NCBI GenBank assembly: GCA_965221695.1
Contig: OZ244905.1
Span: 1,120,001-1,184,000, forward strand
Source of the DNA: Gammaproteobacteria bacterium
GTDB taxonomy: Bacteria > Pseudomonadota > Gammaproteobacteria > Eutrophobiales > Eutrophobiaceae
Direction: 5' to 3'
DNA: 64,000 bases
Positions within the stretch are counted from its first letter, which is position 1, and each line of letters opens with the position of its first letter. A program made the translations under genes and the position numbers. Below, in pieces: positions 21,240 through 30,978 of this stretch. Under the pieces are notes generated by a model, which ran no database searches, was not told the DNA's origin, and saw only the letters and a list, made by a program, of their open reading frames with translations.

Positions 21240-22577
21240 TCAACTGCGGCGTTGTTTGAGGCTCTCTTCCAGTTGCCGCTTTCTCAGTTTCTCGCTATTG
21301 ACGTAACCCAGCCAGGTCTCGGCAGCTTTGCGGCTGCGCTTGTCCTTGCTGGCTGCGGTGAAAGCCTTGATGGATGCGTCAAATTTTTGCGCTTCGAACA
21401 AAGCAAGACCCAACATGATATTGGCCTGGTCAGCGCGTTTCAGGCCGCCTTTCTTGAAGGCCGTCTGCAACGCTTTCACGGCATCGTCATACCTGTAAAG
21501 GTTGATATAGGCCTGGGCGATGCGCATGTCCAGTTCGCCATCCTTGGACAACCGGGCTGCCTGGATCAGGGGCGGAAGTGATTTTTCGCTCTCCTGGGAC
21601 TGCAACCAGGCCTGAGACAACAGTCTCAGGTTGCGGATATTCTGCTCAATCTTCCCCTCTTCCATACCTTTCTCCAGCAATACCGCCGCCTTGTAGGGCG
21701 CCTCATGCAGCATGTACAGGTTGGCCAGGTTCAGTTGCTGGTTGCCCCGTTGCAGCAGGCCCGCTTCATACAGCATCTCCAGGATGGCCATCTGCTTGTC
21801 CAGCCGTTTCAGTTCCGAATAGGTGCCGGCCATCGTCAGCCAGTACTCCGGCTTGGGATAATGCACGACCAGTTCCTTCAGCATTTGGAGCATGTTCTCG
21901 TAATCGCCCAGGTTGAAATAGTCTACCCGCAACAGCAGCAACAGGTTTTCTTTCGGGATGTCGCCGCGGCTCTTCACCATCGCGTAAGCCTGCTTCAACG
22001 GCACCAGCGATTCCTTGTACTGCTCCAGTTGATAATAAGCCTGCCCCAACAGCATGTAGGCATTCTCAGTGGGGTTCAGCGTCAGGGTAAACCACCTGTT
22101 GATTACATCGATCGCCTTTCTGTAATTCTCGATAATGAAATAAAGCTGAGCGAGGGTATACAAGGAATTGGTCTCAAGCGCCTCGGGCAGGTCAGGCTGT
22201 GAGAGCACAATTTCATACGAGTAAATGGCGTCCTCATAGCGTTCCAGGGTGAAATAAGTATAGGCAAAATAATTGTACAATTGCGCTTTTTCGTAATCCG
22301 ACAGCTTGGGTTCCTGCGCCAGATCGTTCAGGGCTGCCAGGCCCGCATCATAATTCTTTGCCTCAATGAGTTCCTGCGCTTCCGTCAATTTCTTGTAGAC
22401 CTTCTCACTCATTGAGGGAGTCTTCCGGGTCTTGCGCTTCTCGCCCGAATCCGATGATTCTTGTGCTGCAACATTCGGCGCCGTACAGGCAATGAACAGC
22501 GGGACAACCACCAACGCGCAGCCAAGCAACACGGCGCGCGCAAGCAGTGAGTTAAACGCGGTATAACGAATACTCAT
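21240..22577 (-). CDS. exported TPR protein (TtpD-like)
   Basis: Signal-like N-terminus and repeated TPR helices; last gene of the TonB operon. Start uncertain (22577 or 22586). Confidence 0.85.
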   Translation of the reverse strand: MSIRYTAFNSLLARAVLLGCALVVVPLFIACTAPNVAAQESSDSGEKRKTRKTPSMSEKVYKKLTEAQELIEAKNYDAGLAALNDLAQEPKLSDYEKAQLYNYFAYTYFTLERYEDAIYSYEIVLSQPDLPEALETNSLYTLAQLYFIIENYRKAIDVINRWFTLTLNPTENAYMLLGQAYYQLEQYKESLVPLKQAYAMVKSRGDIPKENLLLLLRVDYFNLGDYENMLQMLKELVVHYPKPEYWLTMAGTYSELKRLDKQMAILEMLYEAGLLQRGNQQLNLANLYMLHEAPYKAAVLLEKGMEEGKIEQNIRNLRLLSQAWLQSQESEKSLPPLIQAARLSKDGELDMRIAQAYINLYRYDDAVKALQTAFKKGGLKRADQANIMLGLALFEAQKFDASIKAFTAASKDKRSRKAAETWLGYVNSEKLRKRQLEESLKQRRS

Positions 22578-22595
22578 AAGCACCAATCTCCAACG

Positions 22596-23231
22596 CTAAT
22601 CCTCAAGCTCAAATGTGATCTTGTTCTGTACACCCGGCACTTCGATAGGCTGGCCGTCAACGACCCTGGGCTTGTATTTGAACTTGGCCGCCGCGGCCAG
22701 CGAGGCCTTGTCAAAAATACCGGGGGGCACCGCCTCGACGACACGAATATCCTTGGTTGTGCCTGACTTGGTGACGGTAAATTCGACGATGACGTACCCT
22801 TCTATACCGCGGGACTGCGCCCTTCTCGGATAAATGGGTTGCACCTTGACGATGGGCAAGTACTCGCCGTCACTGGGCGCCAGGCCGAAACCGCTTGCAT
22901 CCAGGTTGATGTTCGTATTTACCGGCGCGGCCGACACCTGCACGGATTGCGCTTCCGGCGTAATGTTATCCATCGCCGGCGGTGGCGGTTCGGGGGGCGG
23001 CTGGTCCGGGGGTGGTGGTTTTTTCGGCGGGGGTTTGCGGCGGTTGACTACTTCTTCGGGGTCGATGCGCACAAATTCAAGCATTCTGCCGGCATCATCT
23101 TCGTCCAGTTTCCGGTCGGCGATATTGATTAGGAACTGCATCAGGTAGAACAGGCCGAACACGACAACAAGGGCAGAAACCCCGGCAATCAGGTAGCGGC
23201 CAACAAGTAAGCTTGATGCCTGCATTTGCAT
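22596..23231 (-). CDS. tonB: energy transducer TonB
   Basis: N-terminal TM helix, Pro-rich linker, YPRRAQSRGIEGYVIVEF. Confidence 0.93.
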   Translation of the reverse strand: MQMQASSLLVGRYLIAGVSALVVVFGLFYLMQFLINIADRKLDEDDAGRMLEFVRIDPEEVVNRRKPPPKKPPPPDQPPPEPPPPAMDNITPEAQSVQVSAAPVNTNINLDASGFGLAPSDGEYLPIVKVQPIYPRRAQSRGIEGYVIVEFTVTKSGTTKDIRVVEAVPPGIFDKASLAAAAKFKYKPRVVDGQPIEVPGVQNKITFELED

Positions 23232-23241
23232 AACCCCAGGA

Positions 23242-23643
23242 TTATTTATCGGCTGCCAACGCGATATTCACAACGCCGGCCTGGCGCGCCGCATCCATGA
23301 CTTCTACCAGCATTTTATTCTTGGATTCTTCATCTGCCTGGATCACCACCGAGCCTTGGGGGTTCTCGGCGCGCAGGCGTTTGATATTCGGAATCACGGA
23401 GCGGATATCGATTTTCCTGCGATCCAGCCAGATGTTGTTGTTGGCATCGATTGCGATCAAGATGTTCGCTTTTTTCTTCACCTCGGCGGTCGGCGCGTCA
23501 GGTTTGTTGACATCGATACCGGTCTCCTTGACAAAGGTTGCCGTGACGATGAAGAAAATCAGCATGATGAATACAATATCGATCAAAGGCGTGATGTTGA
23601 CTTCTGACTCATCGTCAGCAGATACACTGGTAATTCTACGCAT
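23242..23643 (-). CDS. exbD: ExbD/TolR family protein
   Basis: VNITPLIDIVFIMLIFFIVT, VVIQAD. Confidence 0.93.
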   Translation of the reverse strand: MRRITSVSADDESEVNITPLIDIVFIMLIFFIVTATFVKETGIDVNKPDAPTAEVKKKANILIAIDANNNIWLDRRKIDIRSVIPNIKRLRAENPQGSVVIQADEESKNKMLVEVMDAARQAGVVNIALAADK

Positions 23644-23671
23644 GTTTTATCTTCCTCAGACCAAGTTGTGA

Positions 23672-24250
23672 TTAATGATCCATAGTCAAGTGCTCACCCA
23701 GTTTCTCAACTTCCGAGTCAGCCTTGCTCTGTAACCAGACACTGATAAAATAGCCGGACAGCGCCGCGACCATGCCGGACATGGTGGGCACCGTCGCCTG
23801 TGACACCCCGGCGGCCATGGCCCTGGCGTTGCCGGTACCAAGAAACGCCATCACTTCAAACACCGTTACCATGCCCGTCACCGTTCCCAGCAAGCCCACC
23901 AGCGGACACAGGGCAACGCAGACCTTGATGGTTCCCAGGAATTGATTCGCCTGGATCCTGATATCCGAGATCATGGCTTCACGCACCCTGTGCGCATTCC
24001 AGGATATCCTTTCAGGCCGTGCATCCCAGCGCTTGACGGCATCCTCGGACAGGCGCGGTTGTTGAATGGAAAAGTAAATCAACCTTTCCACGATACACAC
24101 CCACATGATGGCCAGCACTACGGCAACCAGGTAAAGTACCGGCCCTCCCAGTTCCATGAAGTCCCGTATGGCCTCCCACATGTTGATGAAGACATGTTCG
24201 AGCCCGATAATGGACGTGATGCCGAGCAGTATAGAATAAATAATATCCAT
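23672..24250 (-). CDS. exbB: MotA/TolQ/ExbB proton channel protein
   Basis: PLVGLLGTVTGM, MAAGVSQA; start uncertain. Confidence 0.88.
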   Translation of the reverse strand: MDIIYSILLGITSIIGLEHVFINMWEAIRDFMELGGPVLYLVAVVLAIMWVCIVERLIYFSIQQPRLSEDAVKRWDARPERISWNAHRVREAMISDIRIQANQFLGTIKVCVALCPLVGLLGTVTGMVTVFEVMAFLGTGNARAMAAGVSQATVPTMSGMVAALSGYFISVWLQSKADSEVEKLGEHLTMDH

Positions 24251-24272
24251 TATGTGCTGCCAGTTACGGTCT

Positions 24273-25658
24273 TTATGCTGTCTTGTTCGTCTTGTGCTGT
24301 TGCTCTGAAGCCTCTGCGACAAAACCGGTTGCCTGGCCTTCCAGAACCTCGATGATCCGCCTGCTCTGCCCGGCCATCATACTGTGCAGGAACACTGTCG
24401 GTATCGCAACACACAGCCCGAGCATCGTGGTAATCAGCGCCTGGGAAATGCCGCCGGCCATGAGTTTTGGATCGCCGGTGCCGAACAAGGTGATCGACTG
24501 GAACGTGACGATCATGCCGATTACCGTTCCCAGCAGGCCTAGCAACGGCGCAACGACCGAGATCACCTTCACCAGCGTATTGAGCCTGCTCAGTTTGGGG
24601 ACCTCGCGCAGTACCGCTTCGCCCATCTTCAACTCCAGCGATTCCACATCGATATTCCTGTTCTGATGGTATGCGAGCAATACCCGACCCAGAGGATTTT
24701 CATCGGAAGGATTGTCCAGGTCACGCACCTGCTTGTCCACCGCCATGCCAACATACATCATATAAAGAATCCTGAGCAGGGCAACGGCAATACCGAAGAT
24801 GCCCAGGCCGATGATAATCCAGCCTACGGTACCGCCTTGCGTGGTAGACCGTTCATACCAACTCGGCACATCAACCAGTTGACCCAGCAACTGGCCCTTG
24901 GTCGGATCCAGACCAAGCGGGACGAAACCTTCCTCAGCTTCGGTCAATTCCTCGGCTCCGCTGACAAAACGGTCTTCCGGCTGGCGCAGCAGTTCAGAAA
25001 TGGTCTGTGTTTCCGGATCGTATTTCAGGTATTTACCGTCGGCGACCAGGTTGAACACGCCTATCCTGATGACGTCTTTTTCCACCTCAGCGCCATCAGG
25101 AAGAACGACATCAGCCTTGAAGCGCTTGACCTTTCCGGTCTCGGTCATTTCCCGTTGGATTTCGAACCAGAGTTCTTCAATTTCCTCCAGGGACGCCAGT
25201 TCGCTCCCCGAACCCATTTTCTCCGCGAGCTCGGTCATGAAATCACCGCGCTGGGGATATTCGATATTCGTCAACGACGCATCAAACGTAGCCCGGGAAT
25301 CGCCGGCTGCCGTCTGCAGCACGCCAAACAATTCCTTTAACGAACCCAGAGCCTGCTGCAGGTCCTGCTTCAATATGTCAATATCGTCCTGGTTGCTTTC
25401 AAACTCCTTCTCGAGGCGCTCACTGATCGCTTCCAGCGCGGCCCTGTCGTTATTGGCTTTCTGCAACATTGCAGCCTGGTTTGCCTTGTTGTTCCTGAAT
25501 TCCTCCTCCCTGGCCTGGTTTTCCTTTGATTCATCGATCCTACCCTGCTGCACCTGTTGCAGCAGCGCATCAAGGGACACAGCCTCGTCAGCAACAGCGG
25601 ACGGAGACAGCAAGGTCGCACACAGGGTTATCGCGGTTAAGTATTGGTAAAGTTTCAT
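24273..25658 (-). CDS. long ExbB-domain protein with periplasmic coiled-coil (TtpC-like)
   Basis: Signal peptide and coiled-coil, then APLLGLLGTVIGMI..F..ITLFGTGDPKLMAGGISQALITT. Confidence 0.88.
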   Translation of the reverse strand: MKLYQYLTAITLCATLLSPSAVADEAVSLDALLQQVQQGRIDESKENQAREEEFRNNKANQAAMLQKANNDRAALEAISERLEKEFESNQDDIDILKQDLQQALGSLKELFGVLQTAAGDSRATFDASLTNIEYPQRGDFMTELAEKMGSGSELASLEEIEELWFEIQREMTETGKVKRFKADVVLPDGAEVEKDVIRIGVFNLVADGKYLKYDPETQTISELLRQPEDRFVSGAEELTEAEEGFVPLGLDPTKGQLLGQLVDVPSWYERSTTQGGTVGWIIIGLGIFGIAVALLRILYMMYVGMAVDKQVRDLDNPSDENPLGRVLLAYHQNRNIDVESLELKMGEAVLREVPKLSRLNTLVKVISVVAPLLGLLGTVIGMIVTFQSITLFGTGDPKLMAGGISQALITTMLGLCVAIPTVFLHSMMAGQSRRIIEVLEGQATGFVAEASEQQHKTNKTA

Positions 25659-25674
25659 TTCCGTGTCTCCTCCT

Positions 25675-26454
25675 TTATTGGGCCGCGCTGACGGGCAGTA
25701 TGAATATGTCGGGTGGAAGCTGCTTCCTGGCAATCTTCAAGCCCTGGCGGATATAGTTACGGTACTCGGCAGACTCCAGGGGTACCCATTGGCGGGCATC
25801 CTGGTCCCAGACACCGTTTTCCTTGCCGTCGTCGGTCTGGTACACCAGCACCAGGCGGCCGAAACGCAGGACATTCACCGGCCGTTCCTGGCCGTTGATT
25901 TCCAGCACTTCACTATACTCATCCAGGTCGCCGCCGTAACTGGTTTCAATGCGATAGGCTTCCAGCACCAGACGCAGTTTTTCCGCCGCGCTGATACCGG
26001 CATCACCGATGTATTGCTTCAGGTCCGCCACCCGTTTACGGCGTTCTTCCATGTGAAACGGGCGATCCAGTTCCACGAACTGTTCCAGGGTATTCGCCAT
26101 CCTGAGCATCAGCGGCAAGATCTGGCGTTCCACTACCGCTATTTCGTCAATCGATTCGGCAATAGTGCGTTTTTCCCGGTTCTGGTCATCAACCTGTTTC
26201 TGCAGCAGCGCGTTATAGACCTTGAGGCCGTCGATGACTTTCAGTTCGCGCCGGTACCTGGAGGCCAGTTTCTCCGTCTCGCTCGCGGTTTCATCGATCC
26301 GCTTTTGTGATTCCGCAGCCTCCTGGTTACGGGCAACCCCCTCTTCGACAACCTCTTCAATACGGTCCTGGCCGAATGCAGCCGAACCGAATACGAAAAT
26401 CAGACTTAACATTAATAACTTAGCTGGAGTTATTAATATTTTTATAGTATCCAT
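25675..26454 (-). CDS. DUF3450 family protein (TtpB-like)
   Basis: Signal peptide, coiled-coil, LDRPF...ER..RV, EK.R.VLEAY.IE..YG, LRFGR; first gene of the operon. Confidence 0.85.
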   Translation of the reverse strand: MDTIKILITPAKLLMLSLIFVFGSAAFGQDRIEEVVEEGVARNQEAAESQKRIDETASETEKLASRYRRELKVIDGLKVYNALLQKQVDDQNREKRTIAESIDEIAVVERQILPLMLRMANTLEQFVELDRPFHMEERRKRVADLKQYIGDAGISAAEKLRLVLEAYRIETSYGGDLDEYSEVLEINGQERPVNVLRFGRLVLVYQTDDGKENGVWDQDARQWVPLESAEYRNYIRQGLKIARKQLPPDIFILPVSAAQ

Positions 26455-26766
26455 AAGGAAATAACCTCCCCGCGGTAATGGTCTAGGGCAATTCATAACG
26501 TCCTCGCATCAATTTACTGCTTGATCCACTTCTCAACGTGACTGGCTGTTGATTTATCCAACAGATATTATTTTGTTTTTGTTGCTCTGAGCAGTATTTG
26601 TTGCTCTGAGCATGCCCGCGCAGAACCCGCCAGTACGCGGAACCTTTAGCTGTAACCAGAAGCTCTGTTATTATTCTGTCCCTTCCAACCTGTGTCAAGC
26701 AGACTAAAGATCATTATACAACAGCATATACTAGAATATTGTTAATATTGTGATACAACCGAAGTA

Positions 26767-26782
26767 TCATGTTATAACATGA
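26767..26782. promoter_or_regulatory. perfect 16-bp palindrome, candidate operator
   Basis: TCATGTTATAACATGA in the divergent region between the TonB operon and the DoxX gene. Confidence 0.45.
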
Positions 26783-26852
26783 ATCCAATATACGCAATAT
26801 TCTCTCACCTGCCTGTCTCCCCACCATAGCGACAAAGACCGGAGCAACCATT

Positions 26853-27488
26853 ATGAGGCATATCATTTCATTCATCAACTGCGCCCAAGCAACGCTTGAT
26901 GCCATCAGAAATCGTCTCGATCTTATCGGCCCGCTACTGCTCAGGTTGTACCTGGTTCCTGTTTTCTGGGTTGCCGGCAATAACAAGTGGAACCCGCTGG
27001 ACGACGACAGCTCCCTGGATTCTGTCATCGAATGGTTCGGCAATCCTGATTGGGGCCTGGGACTGCCGTTCCCGGCGCTGAACGCGTACCTGGCCTGGGG
27101 CGCGGAATATATCGGCGCCATCCTGCTGGCCCTGGGCCTGGCGACCCGCTGGGTCTGCATTCCGCTGATGGTGACCATGGTCGTCGCGATGACGACGGTG
27201 CATATCAGCCACGGCTGGCAGGCCATACACGACCTGAACAGCCCATTTCCGGCGGCCGAGGCAGGCGAAGCCATCGAACGCCTTGACCGGGCAAAAAGTA
27301 TTTTGCGTGAGCACGGCAACTACAACTGGCTGACGGAACACGGCAACTTTGTCGTCTCCAACAATGGTATCGAATGGGCCGCCACCTACCTGGTCATGTT
27401 ATGCGCGCTGTTCTTCCTGGGTGGCGGCAGGTATATCAGCCTGGATTACTGGCTCAAGCGTCGCTACAACCCCGGCATACCGCGGTAA
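26853..27488 (+). CDS. DoxX family membrane protein
   Basis: LLLRLYLVPVFW.AG, WFGNPDWGLGLPFP, GLATR, NNGIEWAATY, GGGRYISLD. Confidence 0.88.
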   Translation: MRHIISFINCAQATLDAIRNRLDLIGPLLLRLYLVPVFWVAGNNKWNPLDDDSSLDSVIEWFGNPDWGLGLPFPALNAYLAWGAEYIGAILLALGLATRWVCIPLMVTMVVAMTTVHISHGWQAIHDLNSPFPAAEAGEAIERLDRAKSILREHGNYNWLTEHGNFVVSNNGIEWAATYLVMLCALFFLGGGRYISLDYWLKRRYNPGIPR

Positions 27489-27757
27489 GGTATCCAAATA
27501 CGGTGAACAGTCGCCCTTTTTACCCTATTGGTAACGTGGGTAGAGAAGTATTATTTTGAGTAATTTAAAGTGTCACTTTAGAATACTCAAATGTTATACA
27601 TGCCGAAAGCGGTAACGTAGCAGCTATGGAAAGCGACCCGCCATGTACATGGTGGTTCATCAAAGACAAGCGCAGGAAGCGCAATAAACCCTGAGGTCTC
27701 AGCCGTCAGCTTGACTTCTTTTCTGAGAGAGTTAACAGCATAGCGCTGGTCGCAAAT

Positions 27758-27904
27758 ATGAGTATCACAAGTATCCGGATTAACCAGGCAGTAAAAGAGT
27801 ATCTGGAACGTCAGGTCATGGAGGATTTGCGCTGGGCAGATACGCTGCCAGCCCAGAAGTCTGTACAGACAGGTAAAACTATACCGGGCGACCACATTGT
27901 ATAA
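27758..27904 (+). pseudogene. internally deleted CopG/ribbon-helix-helix antitoxin-like remnant
   Basis: Manual translation MSITSIR|INQAVKEYLERQVMEDLRWADTLPAQKSVQTGKTIPGDHIV*. The beta strand and helix B are present, helix A is missing. Confidence 0.55.
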
Positions 27905-27911
27905 ACGGAGG

Positions 27912-28493
27912 TTATCCGCCCAGCGCCTTTATTTCTCCGTGGCGGAAGCAATCCACGGTATGGTCGTTGACCATGCCGGTGGCTTGCATGTGCGCATAGA
28001 CAATAGTGGGGCCGACGAAGTTGAAGCCCCGGCGTTTGAGATCCTTGGAGATTTTGATTGACAGCGGGGTCTGTGCCGGTACCTGCGATAAGTCCTGCCA
28101 GGCGTTCTGTATCGGGCTGCCACCGACGAAGTCCCAGATATAGTTGTCGAAGCTGCCGTATTCCTCACGCACGCGCAGGAAGGCGCGGGCATTGCGGATT
28201 GCCGAGCGGATCTTGAGTTCATTCCTGATAATGCCGGGGTTCGCCAGCAGGCTGCTTACCTTGTCCTCGCCGTATTGCGCAACCCGGGTGAAGTCAAAAC
28301 CGTCGAACGCCTGGCGGTAGGCCGGGCGTTTTTTCAACACCGTGATCCAGCTCAGGCCGGCCTGGGCGCCTTCGAGCGCCAGGAATTCGAACAGTTTGCC
28401 GTCATCGTGCAGCGGCGCGCCCCATTCGTTATCATGATAATCCAGGTACAGGTCATCTCCGAGGCACCAGGCGCAACGCACCGGCGCAGACAT
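27912..28493 (-). CDS. tag: DNA-3-methyladenine glycosylase I
   Basis: RCAW...YLDYHDNEWG, LEGAQAGLSWITVLKKR, GFNFVGPTI, GMVNDH...C; ATG 28493 overlaps the upstream stop. Confidence 0.95.
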   Translation of the reverse strand: MSAPVRCAWCLGDDLYLDYHDNEWGAPLHDDGKLFEFLALEGAQAGLSWITVLKKRPAYRQAFDGFDFTRVAQYGEDKVSSLLANPGIIRNELKIRSAIRNARAFLRVREEYGSFDNYIWDFVGGSPIQNAWQDLSQVPAQTPLSIKISKDLKRRGFNFVGPTIVYAHMQATGMVNDHTVDCFRHGEIKALGG

Positions 28494-28717
28494 CAGGAGC
28501 GCCCCTTGAGGACCATGCTGACCGAGGCATAGGTCGACACACAGTAGGGAACGCAATAGGTCAACAGGATCTTGAACCCGTCGCCAGCCGCCAAGGTTCC
28601 TGCCAGGATACGGTCGAAATAATTGATCAGTACCAGGATAGTTCCCACTAACGCACAAACCTTAAGCGAACTGATGACAATGTCAGCGCGCGCGGCGATT
28701 GAAAACCAGCGCTTCAT
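28493..28717 (-). CDS. nrtS: NrtS-family small nitrate/nitrite transporter-like protein
   Basis: 74 aa with two TM segments; LKV..LVGTILVLIN..D and LTY.VPY.VS motifs as recalled for NrtS. Confidence 0.72.
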   Translation of the reverse strand: MKRWFSIAARADIVISSLKVCALVGTILVLINYFDRILAGTLAAGDGFKILLTYCVPYCVSTYASVSMVLKGRS

Positions 28718-28718
28718 G

Positions 28719-29888
28719 TCAGCGTATCTCGCGCACGTATTTTCTGCCCAGTTGCTGCACGGACGGGCAACCGACCAACGCCATGTTGCGACGGATCTCA
28801 TTGTTCAGCAACGCCAGGGCGCGGTCTACCCCGGCTTCACCCCCGGCCCCCAGGCCGAACAGGTAGGCGCGCCCGACCATCACCGCGTGCGCGCCGAGGC
28901 ACAGCGCCTTAAGCACATCGACGCCGCGGCGCACGCCGCCGTCCAGAATAATCTCCACCTTATCGCCCAGCGCATCGACCACTTCAGGCAATACGCTGAT
29001 GGGTGACGGCGCATGGTCGAGCTGGCGCCCGCCGTGGTTGGACAGGATCAACGCGGAGACACCCGTCTCCAACGCACGTTGGGCATCGCCGGCGGTGAGA
29101 ATACCCTTGATCGCAAACGGGCCGCCCCATTCTTCGATCATCCAGGCCATGTCATCCCAGGTAACTGTCGGGTCAAACTGCGAGGCGGTGTATTCAATCA
29201 CGGAGAACAGGTTCTGTGATGCGCCGGCATATGAAACCACATTTTCCAGTCTTATACGCGGGCTGGTCAGGAACTGCAAGAGCCAGTCCGGGTGCATCAT
29301 CGTGTCGATAATATTCGACAGCCTGAGCTGCGGCGGCACGGTAAACCCGTTCTTCAGGTCGCGTTCCCGCTGGCCGGTCAGGGGCAGGTCCACGGTGAGG
29401 CACAGGGCTGTATAGCCGTTCGCCTTGGCGCGCTGGATAAAATCTTTCAAGATGCCGCGATCGCGCCAGACGTACAGTTGCAACATCTTCGGCCCTGTGC
29501 CGATGCGGGCGATATCTTCAATCGAGACCGTCGCCATTGACGACAGGGAGTACAGGGTGCGGGCTTTTTCGGCCGCCCTGGCCACCGACCGCTCGCCGGT
29601 ATGGTGGAACAGCCTGGACATGCCAGTGGGCGCCAGGACATAGGGCACATCCAGGTCGGCGCCCAGCACCCGGGTGCGCAGGTCAATGTTCTCCACATCC
29701 ACCAGGAAATGCGGCAGCAACTCGTAACGGCCGAAGTCCGCCTGGTTTCGATACAGGGTGACCTCGTCCTCCGCGGCGCCATCCATATAATCGAATACGG
29801 CGCGCGGCAGACGGCGCCTGGCCGCCCGGCGCAAGTCAGCTATCGAGTGGCAACCGGATAATATCTTTCCGTTGATATAATCAAACAT
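28719..29888 (-). CDS. FMN-dependent alpha-hydroxy acid dehydrogenase/oxidase (LldD/mandelate dehydrogenase family)
   Basis: FDYMDGAAEDE, APTG, LTVD, IKGIL, SNHGGRQLD, DGGVRRGVD. Confidence 0.92.
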   Translation of the reverse strand: MFDYINGKILSGCHSIADLRRAARRRLPRAVFDYMDGAAEDEVTLYRNQADFGRYELLPHFLVDVENIDLRTRVLGADLDVPYVLAPTGMSRLFHHTGERSVARAAEKARTLYSLSSMATVSIEDIARIGTGPKMLQLYVWRDRGILKDFIQRAKANGYTALCLTVDLPLTGQRERDLKNGFTVPPQLRLSNIIDTMMHPDWLLQFLTSPRIRLENVVSYAGASQNLFSVIEYTASQFDPTVTWDDMAWMIEEWGGPFAIKGILTAGDAQRALETGVSALILSNHGGRQLDHAPSPISVLPEVVDALGDKVEIILDGGVRRGVDVLKALCLGAHAVMVGRAYLFGLGAGGEAGVDRALALLNNEIRRNMALVGCPSVQQLGRKYVREIR

Positions 29889-30963
29889 CGGCAGGAATCG
29901 GTAATCCCTGGCGTAGCAGCATGTTCCGTAATTGCAGTATTACCGGAAAAATCTCCTGGTTCCAGTCGCCGCCCTGGCGGTCGAACGCAGCCTGTTCCAG
30001 CTCCACGATCCACCGGTCTTCGGCAAAAATCCCCTCGGTGAACCAGATCACGAATGGCCACAACAACTCCATCAGGCCCGGTATCGAAGGTCTGCGAATA
30101 TTCATCAAGCCAAACGTATGGTTGCGCCGCTGTTCCCGGTCCACCGGCACATAGGTAATCCACAGGTCCAGGGCCGGGCGCTCGCTGCCGGCGGTCCAGA
30201 ATTTAAGCCGCTGGTGGGGGTAGCAGGTACTCACGGTCATCAGGTCTTTGGGACGCTCGCTGGTCGGTGTAGAGCGCTTTCCCAGCATCACTTTCTCACC
30301 TATCGGTTGTTTGCCGACGCGCGAGAAAGTGTAATCGACCTCCACCCAATCATCGCCATGGCGCAAATCCAGAAAACCCGTGCGTATTCGGGACATGATG
30401 CGGCGGTGCAGAAACTGGTGGTTCATATCCATCAGATTTTCATGCAGGAATGAATAGTGGCAACCCACCTGCCGGTCCAGGTAACGGGTTTTGTATTTCG
30501 GGTCATGCCAGGTGGGCACATCCGGGAACGCGGCTGTAGCCGCCCTGGCAGGATCACCCGGAAAAACGAATATCAGCCCGTACTCTTCCCGGCATGGATA
30601 GGCGCGCACCCCCCTGGGCATGCGTTCACTATTGCCGACATAGGGTATGTTCACGCAACGGCCGGTGGCGTCATACACCCAGCCGTGGTAACAGCAATGC
30701 ACCTCTTCGCCGCAGACGCTGCCTTTCGACAGCGGCACCTGGCGGTGCGCGCAGCGATCTTCGAGCGCAAACAGCTTGCCGGATTCCGTTCTGATGAGAG
30801 CAATCGGTTCGCCGGCAAAGGTTTTGGCCGAGGTCTTGCCGGGCTTGACGTCGCGGCTGCGCGCCAGCGGGTACCAGTGATCGGGATGGGCGCCGGTACG
30901 GCGCAGGTCGGCGCCGCCGGTCTCCTCTACCCTGGCTGCGAGATTGATGTCAGTCACTGACAT
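29881..30963 (-). CDS. Rieske non-heme iron oxygenase alpha subunit (VanA-like)
   Basis: Rieske motif CAH...CCYHGW; mononuclear iron motif ENLMDMNHQFLH; C-terminal EDRW. Confidence 0.9.
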   Translation of the reverse strand: MSVTDINLAARVEETGGADLRRTGAHPDHWYPLARSRDVKPGKTSAKTFAGEPIALIRTESGKLFALEDRCAHRQVPLSKGSVCGEEVHCCYHGWVYDATGRCVNIPYVGNSERMPRGVRAYPCREEYGLIFVFPGDPARAATAAFPDVPTWHDPKYKTRYLDRQVGCHYSFLHENLMDMNHQFLHRRIMSRIRTGFLDLRHGDDWVEVDYTFSRVGKQPIGEKVMLGKRSTPTSERPKDLMTVSTCYPHQRLKFWTAGSERPALDLWITYVPVDREQRRNHTFGLMNIRRPSIPGLMELLWPFVIWFTEGIFAEDRWIVELEQAAFDRQGGDWNQEIFPVILQLRNMLLRQGLPIPADV

Positions 30964-30978
30964 GATAATTTTAAGTAG

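Noticed and set aside
21240-26454. TonB operon as a novel system
   Set aside because: It matches the known TtpB-TtpC-ExbB-ExbD-TonB-TtpD (TonB2-type) arrangement.
27587-27895. 102-aa minus-strand ORF in the DoxX-tag spacer
   Set aside because: No motif; the opposite strand gives a better-supported RHH remnant.
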